Notes: generated by a model from the letters alone, not told the origin. Shown: positions 1-10,146, counted from the first letter of the stretch. The stretch: DNA of 64,000 nucleotides from an uncultured Alphaproteobacteria bacterium (GCA_963773555.1 CAVZCB010000031.1:27343-91342), one strand, 5' to 3'. Translations and numbers: made by a program.

Positions 1-162
1 GGCGAAGTTGCCGGCGATGATCTTGACGAGCGTGGACTTGCCCGCGCCGTTGTCTCCCATAAGGCCCACCGCCTCGCCCGGTTCGATGTCGAGGTCGATG
101 CCTCGCAGCGCCTCGATCGCGCCGAAGCTCTTGGCGATGTCGCGCAACGCGAGAAGGCTCAA
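1..162 (-). CDS. Sugar ABC transporter ATP-binding protein, N-terminal part (runs off window)
   Basis: Manual translation from TTG at 162: [49 protein letters not shown]; Walker [10 protein letters not shown]; AGGGGAGG RBS upstream. Not in ORF track. Confidence 0.85.
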   Translation of the reverse strand, partial: MSLLALRDIAKSFGAIEALRGIDLDIEPGEAVGLMGDNGAGKSTLVKIIAGNFA

Positions 163-310
163 GGCCCGCTCCTCCCCTGGTCAGCCGTGGTTGTCCGGCC
201 CTTCGAGGGCGCGCCCACTTTGCGGCGAAGTTTACACATCGCCGCCCCTTCGGCAACAAGAGTCGCAAGGAACGTTAACGCTGTATTTGGGCGCCGGCCG
301 GTGGCGGACG

Positions 311-811
311 TCAGGCCAAAGTCACGGTCCAGGGATCGGCGTAGCGAAATTCTTCGAGGTTGTTGCCCTCGCCGATACGGTCGACGATCAGAAAGTTCGC
401 GGGGCGGCCGAGCGGAGTCAGGACGCCGTGCCAGACACCGCGCAGGTAGTTCACGCCCTGGCCCGGTTCGGTGAGGAAGGCGCGCGGCTTGCCCGGGCGC
501 CCGCCGTCGTCCGGTGCGACGACGACGAGGAACGGATCTTCGGTCATCGGCACGAAGGCCTGGCTGCCGAGCGGGTGCCGCTCCACGAGGTCGAAGGCGT
601 GGGGCAGCGGATATGGCCGGCCGTAGCCGAGGCTGATCCCGGCATGCGCGCCGTCGCCGGTGAACTCCATCCGCGCGAGGTCGTGGAAGCGGTCGCACAT
701 GCCGGCGTTGATCGGATAGCTGTCGCCGGCCGCCTCGATCACGTCGCCGAACGGGGCGAAGGCGGCGGCGGTGAGCGGCTCGGCCGTGAGGATGCGCGCG
801 GGATCGGTCAT
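311..811 (-). CDS. allA: Ureidoglycolate lyase
   Basis: PLTAAAFAPFGDVIE, ERHPLGSQAFVP, GQGVNYLRGVWHGVL motifs; ATG at 811 with AGGAGG RBS. Confidence 0.88.
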   Translation of the reverse strand: MTDPARILTAEPLTAAAFAPFGDVIEAAGDSYPINAGMCDRFHDLARMEFTGDGAHAGISLGYGRPYPLPHAFDLVERHPLGSQAFVPMTEDPFLVVVAPDDGGRPGKPRAFLTEPGQGVNYLRGVWHGVLTPLGRPANFLIVDRIGEGNNLEEFRYADPWTVTLA

Positions 812-961
812 CGGTCTGCCTCCTCCTGAGCTTCGGTCCGGTCTTCTGTGCGCTGGCCGGAAGTGCAGGGTGGCATGGCCGGCCCCCCGGCTCAAGGCGG
901 GTGACAAGCCGGTTGCGGATGTGCATGCTTCCGGGCAGGAACTCGGCGGGGGACGGCGCGA

Positions 962-1321
962 ATGCGGCATGATGGCGGATTTCTGATCGTGCTCGGGGCG
1001 GTGCTCGGGCTCGCCGTCGCGCTCTACGATTTCTTCGCCCCGACCGTGTTTCTCGCCCCCGACAGCGCGATCGCCTGGACGCCCGGCGCCGGGCTGGTGG
1101 TGTTCTCGACGTTCTGCCTGCTGGTCGCCGGACTGGTGCTGGCGGGACGCGCTTCCAATCGGATCCTGATCGGGTTTCTGATGGTCGGCGCTCTGGTGGC
1201 GATCCTCGGCACCGCGCTGGCGGCCTATCTGCTCGACAGCCTGGTGCTGGTGGCGCTGATGGGGGTCTGCCTGGTCGGCTGGCTCATGCGCGCCTTCACC
1301 GGCTCAAATCGCTACGCCTGA
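962..1321 (+). CDS. Small hydrophobic (about 4 TM) membrane protein, possible SldB-like partner of downstream PQQ dehydrogenase
   Basis: 119 aa, almost entirely hydrophobic helices; 15 bp upstream of PQQ dehydrogenase. Confidence 0.7.
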   Translation: MRHDGGFLIVLGAVLGLAVALYDFFAPTVFLAPDSAIAWTPGAGLVVFSTFCLLVAGLVLAGRASNRILIGFLMVGALVAILGTALAAYLLDSLVLVALMGVCLVGWLMRAFTGSNRYA

Positions 1322-1336
1322 CGGCGGGAGGTAAGC

Positions 1337-3239
1337 ATGCGTTCGATCCGACTGGCGGCTGGCGTGGTCTGCGCCGTCCTCGCCTCCGCCCCGGCACTGG
1401 CGGCGGACGGGGTCTGGGATACCTACAACGGCGATCTGAAGGCGCAGAAATACACCGACCTGACCCAGATCACGCCGGACAACGTCGGTGACCTGGAGGT
1501 TGCCTGGCGGGTGCATACCGGCGACGTCGCCGGCAACGGTCACGACGGCGACCTGCCGCCGACGGTCTGGTCGGCGACGCCGCTGTTCGTCAACGACACG
1601 ATCTATCTCGGCACGCCGTTCTACCGGATCTTCGCGCTGGAGCCCGATACCGGCAAGGTGAAGTGGACCTACGACACTCATGCGGTGCTCGAGGCGCTGA
1701 CCCAGCCGGACCTGAAGAACCGCGGCGTCGCCTACTGGCAGGCGGATAAACCCGCCGCCGGCGAGGCCTGCCAGAAGCGGGTCTACATCGGCACGATGGA
1801 CGCGAAGCTGCATGCGGTCGACGCCGACACCGGCAAGCCGTGCGCGGACTTCGGCAAGGATGGCGTGCTCGACTTCAACGTCTTCAACACCACCAACGCC
1901 AAGTGGCCGCTGTCGCTGCTGCAGCCGCCGACGGTGTTCGGCGACATGCTGTTCGTCGGCTGGGCGGGGAAGGACTGGGCCGACGCCGTGGCCCCGCCCG
2001 GCACGGTCTATGCGCTGGACGCGCGCACCGGCGAAGCGCGCTGGCACTTCGACACCTTGCCGAAGGATCTGGTCGACCAGACCGGCACGGCCAACGTCTG
2101 GGCCTCGATGTCGGTCGATCCGGAGCGGCGGCTGCTCTACATCCCGGTGTCATCGCCGAGCCCGAACTTCTACGGCGGCAACCACCCGGTGGATCTGCCG
2201 GTCGTCACCTCGGTCACCGCGCTCAACGCCGACACCGGCGAGATGGTCTGGAGCCGGCAGCTGGTCCACCACGACATCTGGGATCTCGACACCAACGCCC
2301 CGCCGACGCTGGTCGACATCGAAAAGGACGGCAAGACCGTGCCGGCGCTGGTGCAGACCTCGAAGCAGGGCTTCCTCTACGTGCTGAACCGCGAGACCGG
2401 CGATCCGATCTATCCGATTGTGGAGCGGCCGGTTCCGGCCTCGGACATCTCCGGCGAGCATGCCTCCCCCACCCAGCCCTACGTCGCCCGCCCCGAGCCG
2501 GTGACCCCGGACCGCTGGCCCGGCATCTCCCGCCTGGCCGACATCGCCGGGTTCGGCTATTGCTCGCGCACCGCGGCCAAGCTCCGCGACGACGGCCGCT
2601 TTACCCCGCCAAGCCTGGAAGGCTCATTGATATATCCGCCGACCACCGGCGGCATCGAGTGGGGCGGCGGCGCCGTCGATCCCACGACGCGGCGTCTTCG
2701 TGGTGAACTACTCGAGTGTCGTGCAGATCTATCGGCTGATCCCCCGCGCCGAGTACGAGAAGGAGGTGAGCGGCGGCGGCGAGACCGGCGGCCTCTTCGC
2801 CCAGGAGGGCGCTCCCTACGGTCTGCAGCTCACCACCTTCCTGAACCCCATCGGCATGCCCTGCTGGAAGCCGCCCTACGGCTCGATCACCGCCTACGAC
2901 CTCAAGACCGGCGATCGCCTCTGGGACGCCCCCTTCGGGCAGATACAGAAATGGGGCTTCTACATGCCGAAGTCCTGGGGCTCGGTGACCATAGGCGGCC
3001 CGGTGATCACCGCGAGCGGTCTCGTCTTCATCGGCGCCTCGATGGACAGCCGCGTCCGGGCGCTGGACCTCAGGACCGGCAAGGAGCTCTGGAGGGCCCT
3101 CGTCGCCGCTCCCGCCGTCGCCCTGCCCGCGGTCTACGAGTACAAGGGCAAGCAGTACGTGGTCTTCGTGGCCGGCGGCAACTCGATCCTCTCCCCCAAG
3201 GTCAGCGACGAGGTAGTGGCCTTCGCGTTGCCGGATTAG
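1337..3239 (+). CDS. PQQ-dependent sugar/polyol dehydrogenase (quinoprotein) with +1 frameshift at ~2690
   Basis: Signal peptide; QITPDNVGDLEVAW, HHDIWDLD, KQGFLYVLNRETG motifs; removing the C at 2690 joins ...GGGAVDPTT to GVFVVNYSS... (ORF 2700-3239 with PCWKPPYG and GKQYVV). Confidence 0.88.
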
Positions 3240-3485
3240 GGGGGAGCGAGGCGGGTGCGACCGGACCGACGCGCGCAACCGGGCCAAGGCTGACCGGCCG
3301 GCGTGTTGAAGACCCGCCTCCGCTCGCAGGGCAGGCGTCCCGATCGTGCCGACGGTCAAGTGGGTGAAGCGTCCACCGCAGCGCTTTCGGGCTGAAGGCC
3401 GCTCCCGATCCATAGCCGACGCTTGAACGCGCGTGTCCCCAAGATCAACCTCGCCTTTTCGGGATTGTCGATCAACCGAGAGCGT

Positions 3486-4388
3486 ATGACGAAGGACCGA
3501 GCGACAACTCTGGCGTCGGCGATTGTCGTCTTCACCGGTGCCCTTTGGGGCCTCTACTGGTTGCCCGTTCGCAATATTTCCGAGATGGGTTTGCCTGGCG
3601 CCTGGGGAACGGTCGCGATCACGTTCGCCGCGGGGCTGCTTCTGTCTCCGCTTGCCATCTGGCGGCGGCACCGATTTGCATCGTCGGATCACCTTGGATT
3701 GGTCTCTATCGCCGTGGGCGGAGCGGCCTTCGCCCTGTATTCGATCGGCTTCGTCTATGGCCGGGTCGCGATCATCATCCTGCTCTACTTCCTCACGCCG
3801 GTCTGGAGCACCTTGATCGGACGATACGTCATGGGCTGGGAAACTTCGCGCCTCCGCGTGCTGGCGATTCTGGTCGGGCTGGCCGGCCTTTCCATCATGC
3901 TCAGCGCTGACGGAGAACTCCCGATGCCGCGTGGAGCGGGGGAATGGATGGCCCTCGTCGCCGGTATCCTGTGGTCCGTCGGAACGACGGGAATGCGCTC
4001 GCGATCGACCTTGGAGCCCGGTCTTTCAGCTTTCGTATTCGCTATCGGCGCCGCGGTCACATCCCTTTTCCTCGCACCATTCCTCGAACCCCTTCCTCAA
4101 GGTCTGCGCCCCGACGCGATGGCCGAACCTCTGGGCGTGGCGCTGGCGACCGGAGGATTGTGGTGGGGGCTGTCAACAGCCAGTCTGATGTGGGCGACGG
4201 TACGGTTGGAGCCTGCCCGCGTTGGCATTCTGCTGATGACGGAGGTCGTCGTCGGAGCGGTCTCGGCCACCGTGCTCGCCGCCGAACGCCTCGCGCCGCT
4301 GGAGATCTGCGGTGGTGCGCTGGTTCTCTGCGCGGGCGTTCTCGAAGTCTGGCCGTCGCCGCATGGACGGCAGCGTCCGCTCGATTAG
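3486..4388 (+). CDS. DMT/EamA family transporter
   Basis: About 10 hydrophobic segments, two EamA-like halves; ATG at 3486 in frame with track ORF. Confidence 0.8.
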   Translation: MTKDRATTLASAIVVFTGALWGLYWLPVRNISEMGLPGAWGTVAITFAAGLLLSPLAIWRRHRFASSDHLGLVSIAVGGAAFALYSIGFVYGRVAIIILLYFLTPVWSTLIGRYVMGWETSRLRVLAILVGLAGLSIMLSADGELPMPRGAGEWMALVAGILWSVGTTGMRSRSTLEPGLSAFVFAIGAAVTSLFLAPFLEPLPQGLRPDAMAEPLGVALATGGLWWGLSTASLMWATVRLEPARVGILLMTEVVVGAVSATVLAAERLAPLEICGGALVLCAGVLEVWPSPHGRQRPLD

Positions 4389-4603
4389 TCCGCAGGCGCA
4401 TGACAGGTCGGCTGCGGCCTGATCTGTCGTTGGCCAGGTCTGCCGGGAGCGGACCGCGCGGGCGTCGCGACAGGCGCCCCGCTCATTGCGTTACGCAAGT
4501 AGCTCGTCGCCGAGGTTCCGAGTCGATCGACTGAGCGCCCCGGGGCGTTTACATCGCGGGCGAAACGCGGCAGAAGCGCTTCTTTGGTCTGGAGAGTCGG
4601 GAC

Positions 4604-5647
4604 ATGGGCTACCGCGTCGCGGTCGTCGGCGCCACGGGGAACGTGGGCCGGGAAATGCTGAACATCCTCGCCGAGCGGGAGTTTCCCGTCGACGAGATCG
4701 TGGCGCTGGCGTCGCGCAAGAGCCTCGGGAGCGAGTGCTCGTTCGGGGACCGGACGCTGAAGACGCTCGATCTCGACGGGTTCGACTTCAAGGGCTGGGA
4801 CATCGCGCTCTTCGCCATCGGCTCGGACGCGACGAAGAAGTATGCGCCCATCGCGGCGAAGGCCGGCTGCGTGGTGATCGACAACTCGTCGCTCTACCGC
4901 TACGACCCGGACGTGCCGCTGATCGTGCCGGAGGTGAACCCGGACGCGGTCGCGGGGGTGGCGAAGAAGAACATCATCGCCAACCCGAACTGCTCCACCG
5001 CGCAGATGGTGGTGGCGCTGAAGCCGCTGCACGACCGGGCGCGGATCCGCCGGGTGGTGGTCGCGACCTACCAGTCGGTGAGCGGGTCGGGCAAGGAGGC
5101 GATGGACGAGCTCTGGAACCAGACCAAGGGCCTCTACGTGCCGGGGCAGGAGGTGGAGCCGAGCGTGTACCCGAAGCAGATCGCCTTCAACGTGATCCCG
5201 CACATCGACAGCTTCATGGAGGACGGCTTCACCCGCGAGGAGTGGAAGATGGTCGCCGAGACCAAGAAGATCGTCGATCCGAAGATCAAGGTGGTGGCGA
5301 CCTGCGTGCGGGTGCCGGTGTTCGTCGGCCATGCCGAGGCGATCAGCGTCGAGTTCGAGGACCCGCTGGACGAGGACGAGGCGCGCGAGATCCTGCGCGA
5401 GAGCCCGGGGGTGCTGGTGGTCGACAAGCGCGAAGCCGGCGGCTACGTCACGCCGGTGGAGTGCGTGGGCGACTATGCGACCTTCGTCAGCCGTATCCGC
5501 ACCGATCCGACGGTGGATAGCGGGCTGATGATGTGGGTGGTGTCGGACAACCTGCGCAAGGGCGCGGCGCTAAATGCCGTGCAGATCGCGGAGCTGGTCG
5601 GCCGGCGGGTGCTGAAGAAGGGCGACACGACGCCTGTGCCTGCGTAG
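4604..5647 (+). CDS. asd: Aspartate-semialdehyde dehydrogenase
   Basis: VAVVGATGNVG, NPNCST catalytic Cys, DNLRKGAALNAVQIAE. Confidence 0.97.
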   Translation: MGYRVAVVGATGNVGREMLNILAEREFPVDEIVALASRKSLGSECSFGDRTLKTLDLDGFDFKGWDIALFAIGSDATKKYAPIAAKAGCVVIDNSSLYRYDPDVPLIVPEVNPDAVAGVAKKNIIANPNCSTAQMVVALKPLHDRARIRRVVVATYQSVSGSGKEAMDELWNQTKGLYVPGQEVEPSVYPKQIAFNVIPHIDSFMEDGFTREEWKMVAETKKIVDPKIKVVATCVRVPVFVGHAEAISVEFEDPLDEDEAREILRESPGVLVVDKREAGGYVTPVECVGDYATFVSRIRTDPTVDSGLMMWVVSDNLRKGAALNAVQIAELVGRRVLKKGDTTPVPA

Positions 5648-5693
5648 GCTTCCGGCGGATGAGCGACTTTTCAGCCCCGACAGCCCGAGCCTC

Positions 5694-6830
5694 ATGACGG
5701 CACCCTACTCCGGCGAAGACGAGCCCGCCGAGGACCGCCGGCTGGCGGCCCTCCATGCCTATGGCATGCTCGACACCCCGCGCGAGAGCGATTTCGACGA
5801 GATCGCCCGGATCGCCGCGGACGTGTGCGAAACGCCGATCGCACTGGTGAGCCTCGTCGACGCCAACCGCCAGTTCTTCAAGGCCGAGGTCGGCCTCGGC
5901 GTGCGCGAGACGCCGCTCGAGACGTCGTTCTGCGGCCACGCGATCCTCGCCGAGGACATGATGATCGTGCCCGACGCCCTGGAGGATCCGCGGTTCAGGC
6001 ACAACCCGCTGGTCACCGGCGCGCCGGGCCTGCGCTTCTACGCCGGCATCCTGCTCAAGACCGCCGACGGACTGCCGATCGGCACGCTGTGCGTGCTCGA
6101 CCACGTGCCGCGCACGCTCGGCGAGGACCAGATCCGGATGCTGAAGTTCCTGGCGCGGCAGGCGATGGCGCAGCTGGACCTGCGCCGCGCCCTGTCCGAC
6201 CAGGCGCGCGCGCTCGAAGCGGCCCGCGCCGAGCAGCAGCGCCGGGCGGACCTCGTGCGCGAGATGACGCACCGGATGAAGAACACGCTGGCGCTGGCGC
6301 AGTCGATCGTGCGCCAGAGCTTCCGCACGGCGACCTCGCTCGACGCCTGTCAGGAGGCGATCGCCGGCCGGCTGATCGCGCTGGGGTCCGCGCAGGGGGC
6401 GCTGACGGAGATCAGCGGGCCGGCCAACGTCGCCGAGGTGGTCCCGGCGGCGCTGGCGGCGCATCGCACCGGCGAGGGCCGGTTCGCGTGGAGCGGGCCG
6501 GCGATCCAGCTCGGCTCGCCGCAGGTGCTGGGCCTGTCGCTGGCGATCCACGAGCTGGCGACCAACGCGGTCAAGTACGGCGCGCTTTCCGAGGACACCG
6601 GCAGGGTCGGGATCGTCTGGAGCGAGCCCGGCCCCGGCCGCTTCCGCTTCGAGTGGACCGAGAGCGGCGGGCCGGTCGTGTCCGCGCCGACACATCGGGG
6701 GTTCGGATCCCGGCTGATGGAACGTATCGTGGCACCATACTTTGACGGCGGTGCGGAGCTGTCGTTCGCTCCCGAAGGGGTGAGGTACGTGCTCGAAGGC
6801 TTTCAGATGCAGAGCGAGGAACCCGGATGA
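5694..6830 (+). CDS. GAF-domain HWE-family sensor histidine kinase
   Basis: GAF (SFCGHAI...RFYAG...GTLCVLD); EMTHRMKN H-box, HELATNAVKYGAL, WTESGGP, GFGSRL. Confidence 0.92.
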   Translation: MTAPYSGEDEPAEDRRLAALHAYGMLDTPRESDFDEIARIAADVCETPIALVSLVDANRQFFKAEVGLGVRETPLETSFCGHAILAEDMMIVPDALEDPRFRHNPLVTGAPGLRFYAGILLKTADGLPIGTLCVLDHVPRTLGEDQIRMLKFLARQAMAQLDLRRALSDQARALEAARAEQQRRADLVREMTHRMKNTLALAQSIVRQSFRTATSLDACQEAIAGRLIALGSAQGALTEISGPANVAEVVPAALAAHRTGEGRFAWSGPAIQLGSPQVLGLSLAIHELATNAVKYGALSEDTGRVGIVWSEPGPGRFRFEWTESGGPVVSAPTHRGFGSRLMERIVAPYFDGGAELSFAPEGVRYVLEGFQMQSEEPG

Positions 6831-7216
6831 CCAGCGGCAAGGGCAGAAGGGCCTTCGCGGTCCTGGCCGTCGAGGACGATCCGATGCTCCTTGCCGACAT
6901 GGTCGATCTCATCGAGGATCTGGGCTTCACCGCCTACGAGGCGCGCGGCGCGGACGCGGCGCTGCGACTGATGGAGGCGCACGCCGACATCAGGGTGCTT
7001 TTCACCGACGTCGAGATGCCGGGCTCGATGGACGGGCTGAAGCTCGCCCATGCCGTCCGCGACCGCTGGCCGCCGGTGACGATCATCGTCGCCTCCGCGC
7101 GTCACGGGCTGCGCCAGTCGGATCTGCCCGTGCGGGGAACGCTGTTCGCCAAGCCATATGCGCCGAACGGGATCATCGGGGCCCTGAACGGCGCGGCGGC
7201 GCTGGCCGGCCACTGA
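6827..7216 (+). CDS. Single-domain response regulator
   Basis: VEDD, LFTDVEMPG, KPY receiver motifs; ATGA overlap with kinase. Confidence 0.9.
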   Translation: MTSGKGRRAFAVLAVEDDPMLLADMVDLIEDLGFTAYEARGADAALRLMEAHADIRVLFTDVEMPGSMDGLKLAHAVRDRWPPVTIIVASARHGLRQSDLPVRGTLFAKPYAPNGIIGALNGAAALAGH

Positions 7217-7352
7217 GGGGGCCCGGGCCGTTGACCGGCTCCGATCCGGGTTAATCCCACCCCGTTATGGTTATGAATTAACGAGAGTTTAATGGAATCG
7301 GCGCCGATTGGGCGCGATCACGAAAAATATCCCGGCCGGGTCCCGTTTTTTC

Positions 7353-7381
7353 TTGATCGTGAAGGCATGAGGCCTCATATG
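7353..7381 (+). promoter_or_regulatory. Candidate sigma70 promoter for ornithine decarboxylase
   Basis: TTGATC-N17-CATATG; same TTGATC-N17 layout as the promoter before tRNA-Glu at 43945. Confidence 0.5.
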
Positions 7382-7489
7382 CGTTTCCACGACGCCAACG
7401 CACGCGCCTCTGTAAGGCCCCGGTTCGGGGGACTCACGCAGCGACGGTAACGTCTCTTTTGGGAACTCCGGGTCGATACCCCGGGACTG

Positions 7490-8701
7490 ATGGAGATGCG
7501 CATGCGCTACGCTGCCGCCCACGCGGGCACGCCCGCTCGACTCTTCGACATCCACCCGACCGACAGCGCCGTCACCGCGCGGCAGGATGCCTGCATCCGC
7601 TCGCGCGAGTTCGACCGGCCGACGGTGGTCTTCGACCTCGAGGTGATGCGGGCGAAGTACCGCGCGCTCGAGGCAGGCCTGGACGACGCCACCATCCACT
7701 ACGCGGTCAAGGCCAACCCGGCGCCCGAGGTGGTGGCCGCGGTCGCCGCCCTCGGCGGGCATTTCGACGCCGCCTCGCGCGGCGAGATCGACCTTTGCCT
7801 GTCGCTCGGGATCCCTGCGAGCCGCATCGCCTTCGGCAACACCATCAAGCGCGCGTCCGACATCGCTCATGCCCATGCGGTGGGCGTGGAGCAGTTCGCG
7901 GCCGACGCCGAGGAGGAGCTCTACAAGATCGCCCGTCACGCGCCCGGCGCGCGGGTGATCGTCCGCATGCTGGTCGACGCCTCGGAGGCCGACTGGCCGC
8001 TCAGCCGCAAGTTCGGCTGCTCGCGGCGCGAGGCGCTGCGGCTGATGGATCTCGGGCGCTACCTCGGGCTGGACGTCGCCGGTATCTCGTTCCACGCCGG
8101 CAGCCAGCTGCGCGAGCCGCGGATGTGGGGCATGGCGCTCGATGCCGCGCACGGGCTCTGGACCGAGGCGGCCGAGGCCGGGCATGCGTTGCGCATCCTC
8201 AACATCGGCGGCGGCTTCCCGGCGTTCTACGGCGATCCGCTGCCGGTGACCGAGGACTACGCGGCCGAGGTGATGTCGATGGTGCGGCACCGGTTCGGCA
8301 CCGGCATCCACGTGATGGCGGAACCCGGCCGTGGCCTCGTCGCCGAGGCCGGCGTCATCGTCGCCGAGGTGCTGCTCGTCGCCCGGAAGGACGAGGACGA
8401 CCTGGCGCGCTGGGTGTTCCTCGACATCGGCAAGTTCTCGGGGCTGGCGGAAACCATCGACGAGGCGATCCGCTACCAGTTCGAGACCCGTCACGGCGAC
8501 GCCGACACCGGCGCCTGCATCCTGGCCGGCCCGTCGTGCGACTCCGCCGACGTGCTCTACGAGAAGCGCCCGGTGCAGCTGCCGCTGGCGCTCGAGGCGG
8601 GCGACAAGGTGCGGATCCTCTGCACCGGGGCCTATACCACCACGTATTCGTCGGTCGGGTTCAACGGGTTTCCGCCGCTCGACTCGGTGTTTCTCGACTG
8701 A
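7490..8701 (+). CDS. Ornithine decarboxylase (fold-type III PLP enzyme)
   Basis: HYAVKAN, DWPLSRKFGC, NIGGGFP, AEPGR, GPSCDS, GAYT motifs. Confidence 0.93.
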   Translation: MEMRMRYAAAHAGTPARLFDIHPTDSAVTARQDACIRSREFDRPTVVFDLEVMRAKYRALEAGLDDATIHYAVKANPAPEVVAAVAALGGHFDAASRGEIDLCLSLGIPASRIAFGNTIKRASDIAHAHAVGVEQFAADAEEELYKIARHAPGARVIVRMLVDASEADWPLSRKFGCSRREALRLMDLGRYLGLDVAGISFHAGSQLREPRMWGMALDAAHGLWTEAAEAGHALRILNIGGGFPAFYGDPLPVTEDYAAEVMSMVRHRFGTGIHVMAEPGRGLVAEAGVIVAEVLLVARKDEDDLARWVFLDIGKFSGLAETIDEAIRYQFETRHGDADTGACILAGPSCDSADVLYEKRPVQLPLALEAGDKVRILCTGAYTTTYSSVGFNGFPPLDSVFLD

Positions 8702-8715
8702 GCCGGGCCGAGGCC

Positions 8716-8751
8716 GGGGGCGCCGCCGAAGCAGGTTCGGCGGCGTCCCCC
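8716..8751 (+). terminator. Strong hairpin after ornithine decarboxylase
   Basis: GGGGGCGCCGCCGAA-gcagg-TTCGGCGGCGTCCCCC; no clear U-tract. Confidence 0.45.
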
Positions 8752-8825
8752 GCAACTAAATTGCGCCGTCTTGCCAGACTGATGCCCTGCGGCTAGAACG
8801 GTGCGATCCGCTGCCCGGGGGGTCG

Positions 8826-9605
8826 ATGGCCCAGAACTTCCGCCACTCCGAGATCCTGAGCATCGCGCGCGAGGCGGGCAAGGTCACGGTCGAGGGGCTG
8901 GCCGGGCATTTCGGCGTCACCGCCCAGACCATCCGCCGCGATCTGGGCGAGTTGTGCGACGTCGGCCAGCTGACCCGCGTCCACGGCGGGGCGATGATCC
9001 CGTCCGGCGTGATCGCGCTCGGCTACGAGGACCGCCGCAGCCTCGCCAGCGCAGAGAAGGACGCGATGGCGCGGCTGGTCGCCGAGCAGATCCCCGACGG
9101 CGTGTCGATCTTCATGAACATCGGCACCACCACCGAGGCGGTGGCCCGCGCGATGCTCAAGCATCGCAACCTGATGGTGGTGACCAACAACCTCAACGTC
9201 GCGAACATCCTCGCCACCAGCCCCAACGTCGAGGTGATCGTCGCCGGCGGCATCCTGCGCCGCGCGGACGGGGCGCTGGTGGGCGACGTTACCGCCGAAT
9301 TCATCGGCCAGTTCAAGGTCGACTACGCGATCATCGGCTCGGCGGCGGTCGATCCGGACGGCTCGCTGCTCGACTACGACTTCCGCGAGGTGCGGGTGGC
9401 GCAGGCGCTGATCAAGAACGCGCGCAAGAGCTACCTCGTCGCCGACCACACCAAGTTCAAGATGGCCGCGCCGGTGCGGATCGCGAGCCTCGCCGAGCTC
9501 GATGGCTTCTTCACCGACGTCACGCCGCCGAAGTCGGTGGTCCAGCTCTGCGCCGACAACGACGTGTTCATCCGGACGGTCGAGCATTCGGTGCGCGGCC
9601 GTTGA
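8826..9605 (+). CDS. DeoR/GlpR family transcriptional regulator
   Basis: GVTAQTIRRDL...RVHGGA HTH; IGTTT, VVTNN sugar-phosphate domain. Confidence 0.93.
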   Translation: MAQNFRHSEILSIAREAGKVTVEGLAGHFGVTAQTIRRDLGELCDVGQLTRVHGGAMIPSGVIALGYEDRRSLASAEKDAMARLVAEQIPDGVSIFMNIGTTTEAVARAMLKHRNLMVVTNNLNVANILATSPNVEVIVAGGILRRADGALVGDVTAEFIGQFKVDYAIIGSAAVDPDGSLLDYDFREVRVAQALIKNARKSYLVADHTKFKMAAPVRIASLAELDGFFTDVTPPKSVVQLCADNDVFIRTVEHSVRGR

Positions 9606-9627
9606 GATCGACAACCGGAGTACGCCG

Positions 9628-10146
9628 ATGACGCCTGGCCTTGGGAGCGATCAGACCCTGCGCCCGCTTGAGCGCGCGACCGACCGGCCGCTGCGCGTCG
9701 ATGCCGGCCTCACCTTCATCGGCACGATCCGCACCCCCTGGACCGTGCGCGAGGACTGCCCCCGGCAGGGGAGTCTCGACGGCCCCGAGTGCCGCCTGTC
9801 GGTCGAGCCTGCATGGGAGGCCGCGCTCGAGGGCATCGAGGCCGTCGAGATGCTCGACGTGCTCTACTGGCTGAACCGCGCGCGTCGCGACCTGGTGCTG
9901 CAGAGCCCGGCCCATGCCGACGGTCCGCGCGGCACCTTCGCGCTGCGCTCGCCGGTGCGGCCGAACCCGATCGGGCTTTCCCGCGTCCGTCTGATGCGGC
10001 GCGAGAGGTCGGCGCTGGTTGTGCGCGGCCTCGACTGCCTCGACGGCACGCCGCTGCTCGACATCAAGCCGAGCCGCTGCGCCCACAGCGCCCCGGAGGC
10101 GGAATCGGAGTCGGCGCCGGTCAGCGACCGATCACGATCGGAATGA
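9628..10146 (+). CDS. TrmO/YaeB family tRNA methyltransferase-like protein
   Basis: IGTIRTPW, GTFALRSPVRPNPIGLS, LDCLDGTPLLDIKP. Confidence 0.88.
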   Translation: MTPGLGSDQTLRPLERATDRPLRVDAGLTFIGTIRTPWTVREDCPRQGSLDGPECRLSVEPAWEAALEGIEAVEMLDVLYWLNRARRDLVLQSPAHADGPRGTFALRSPVRPNPIGLSRVRLMRRERSALVVRGLDCLDGTPLLDIKPSRCAHSAPEAESESAPVSDRSRSE

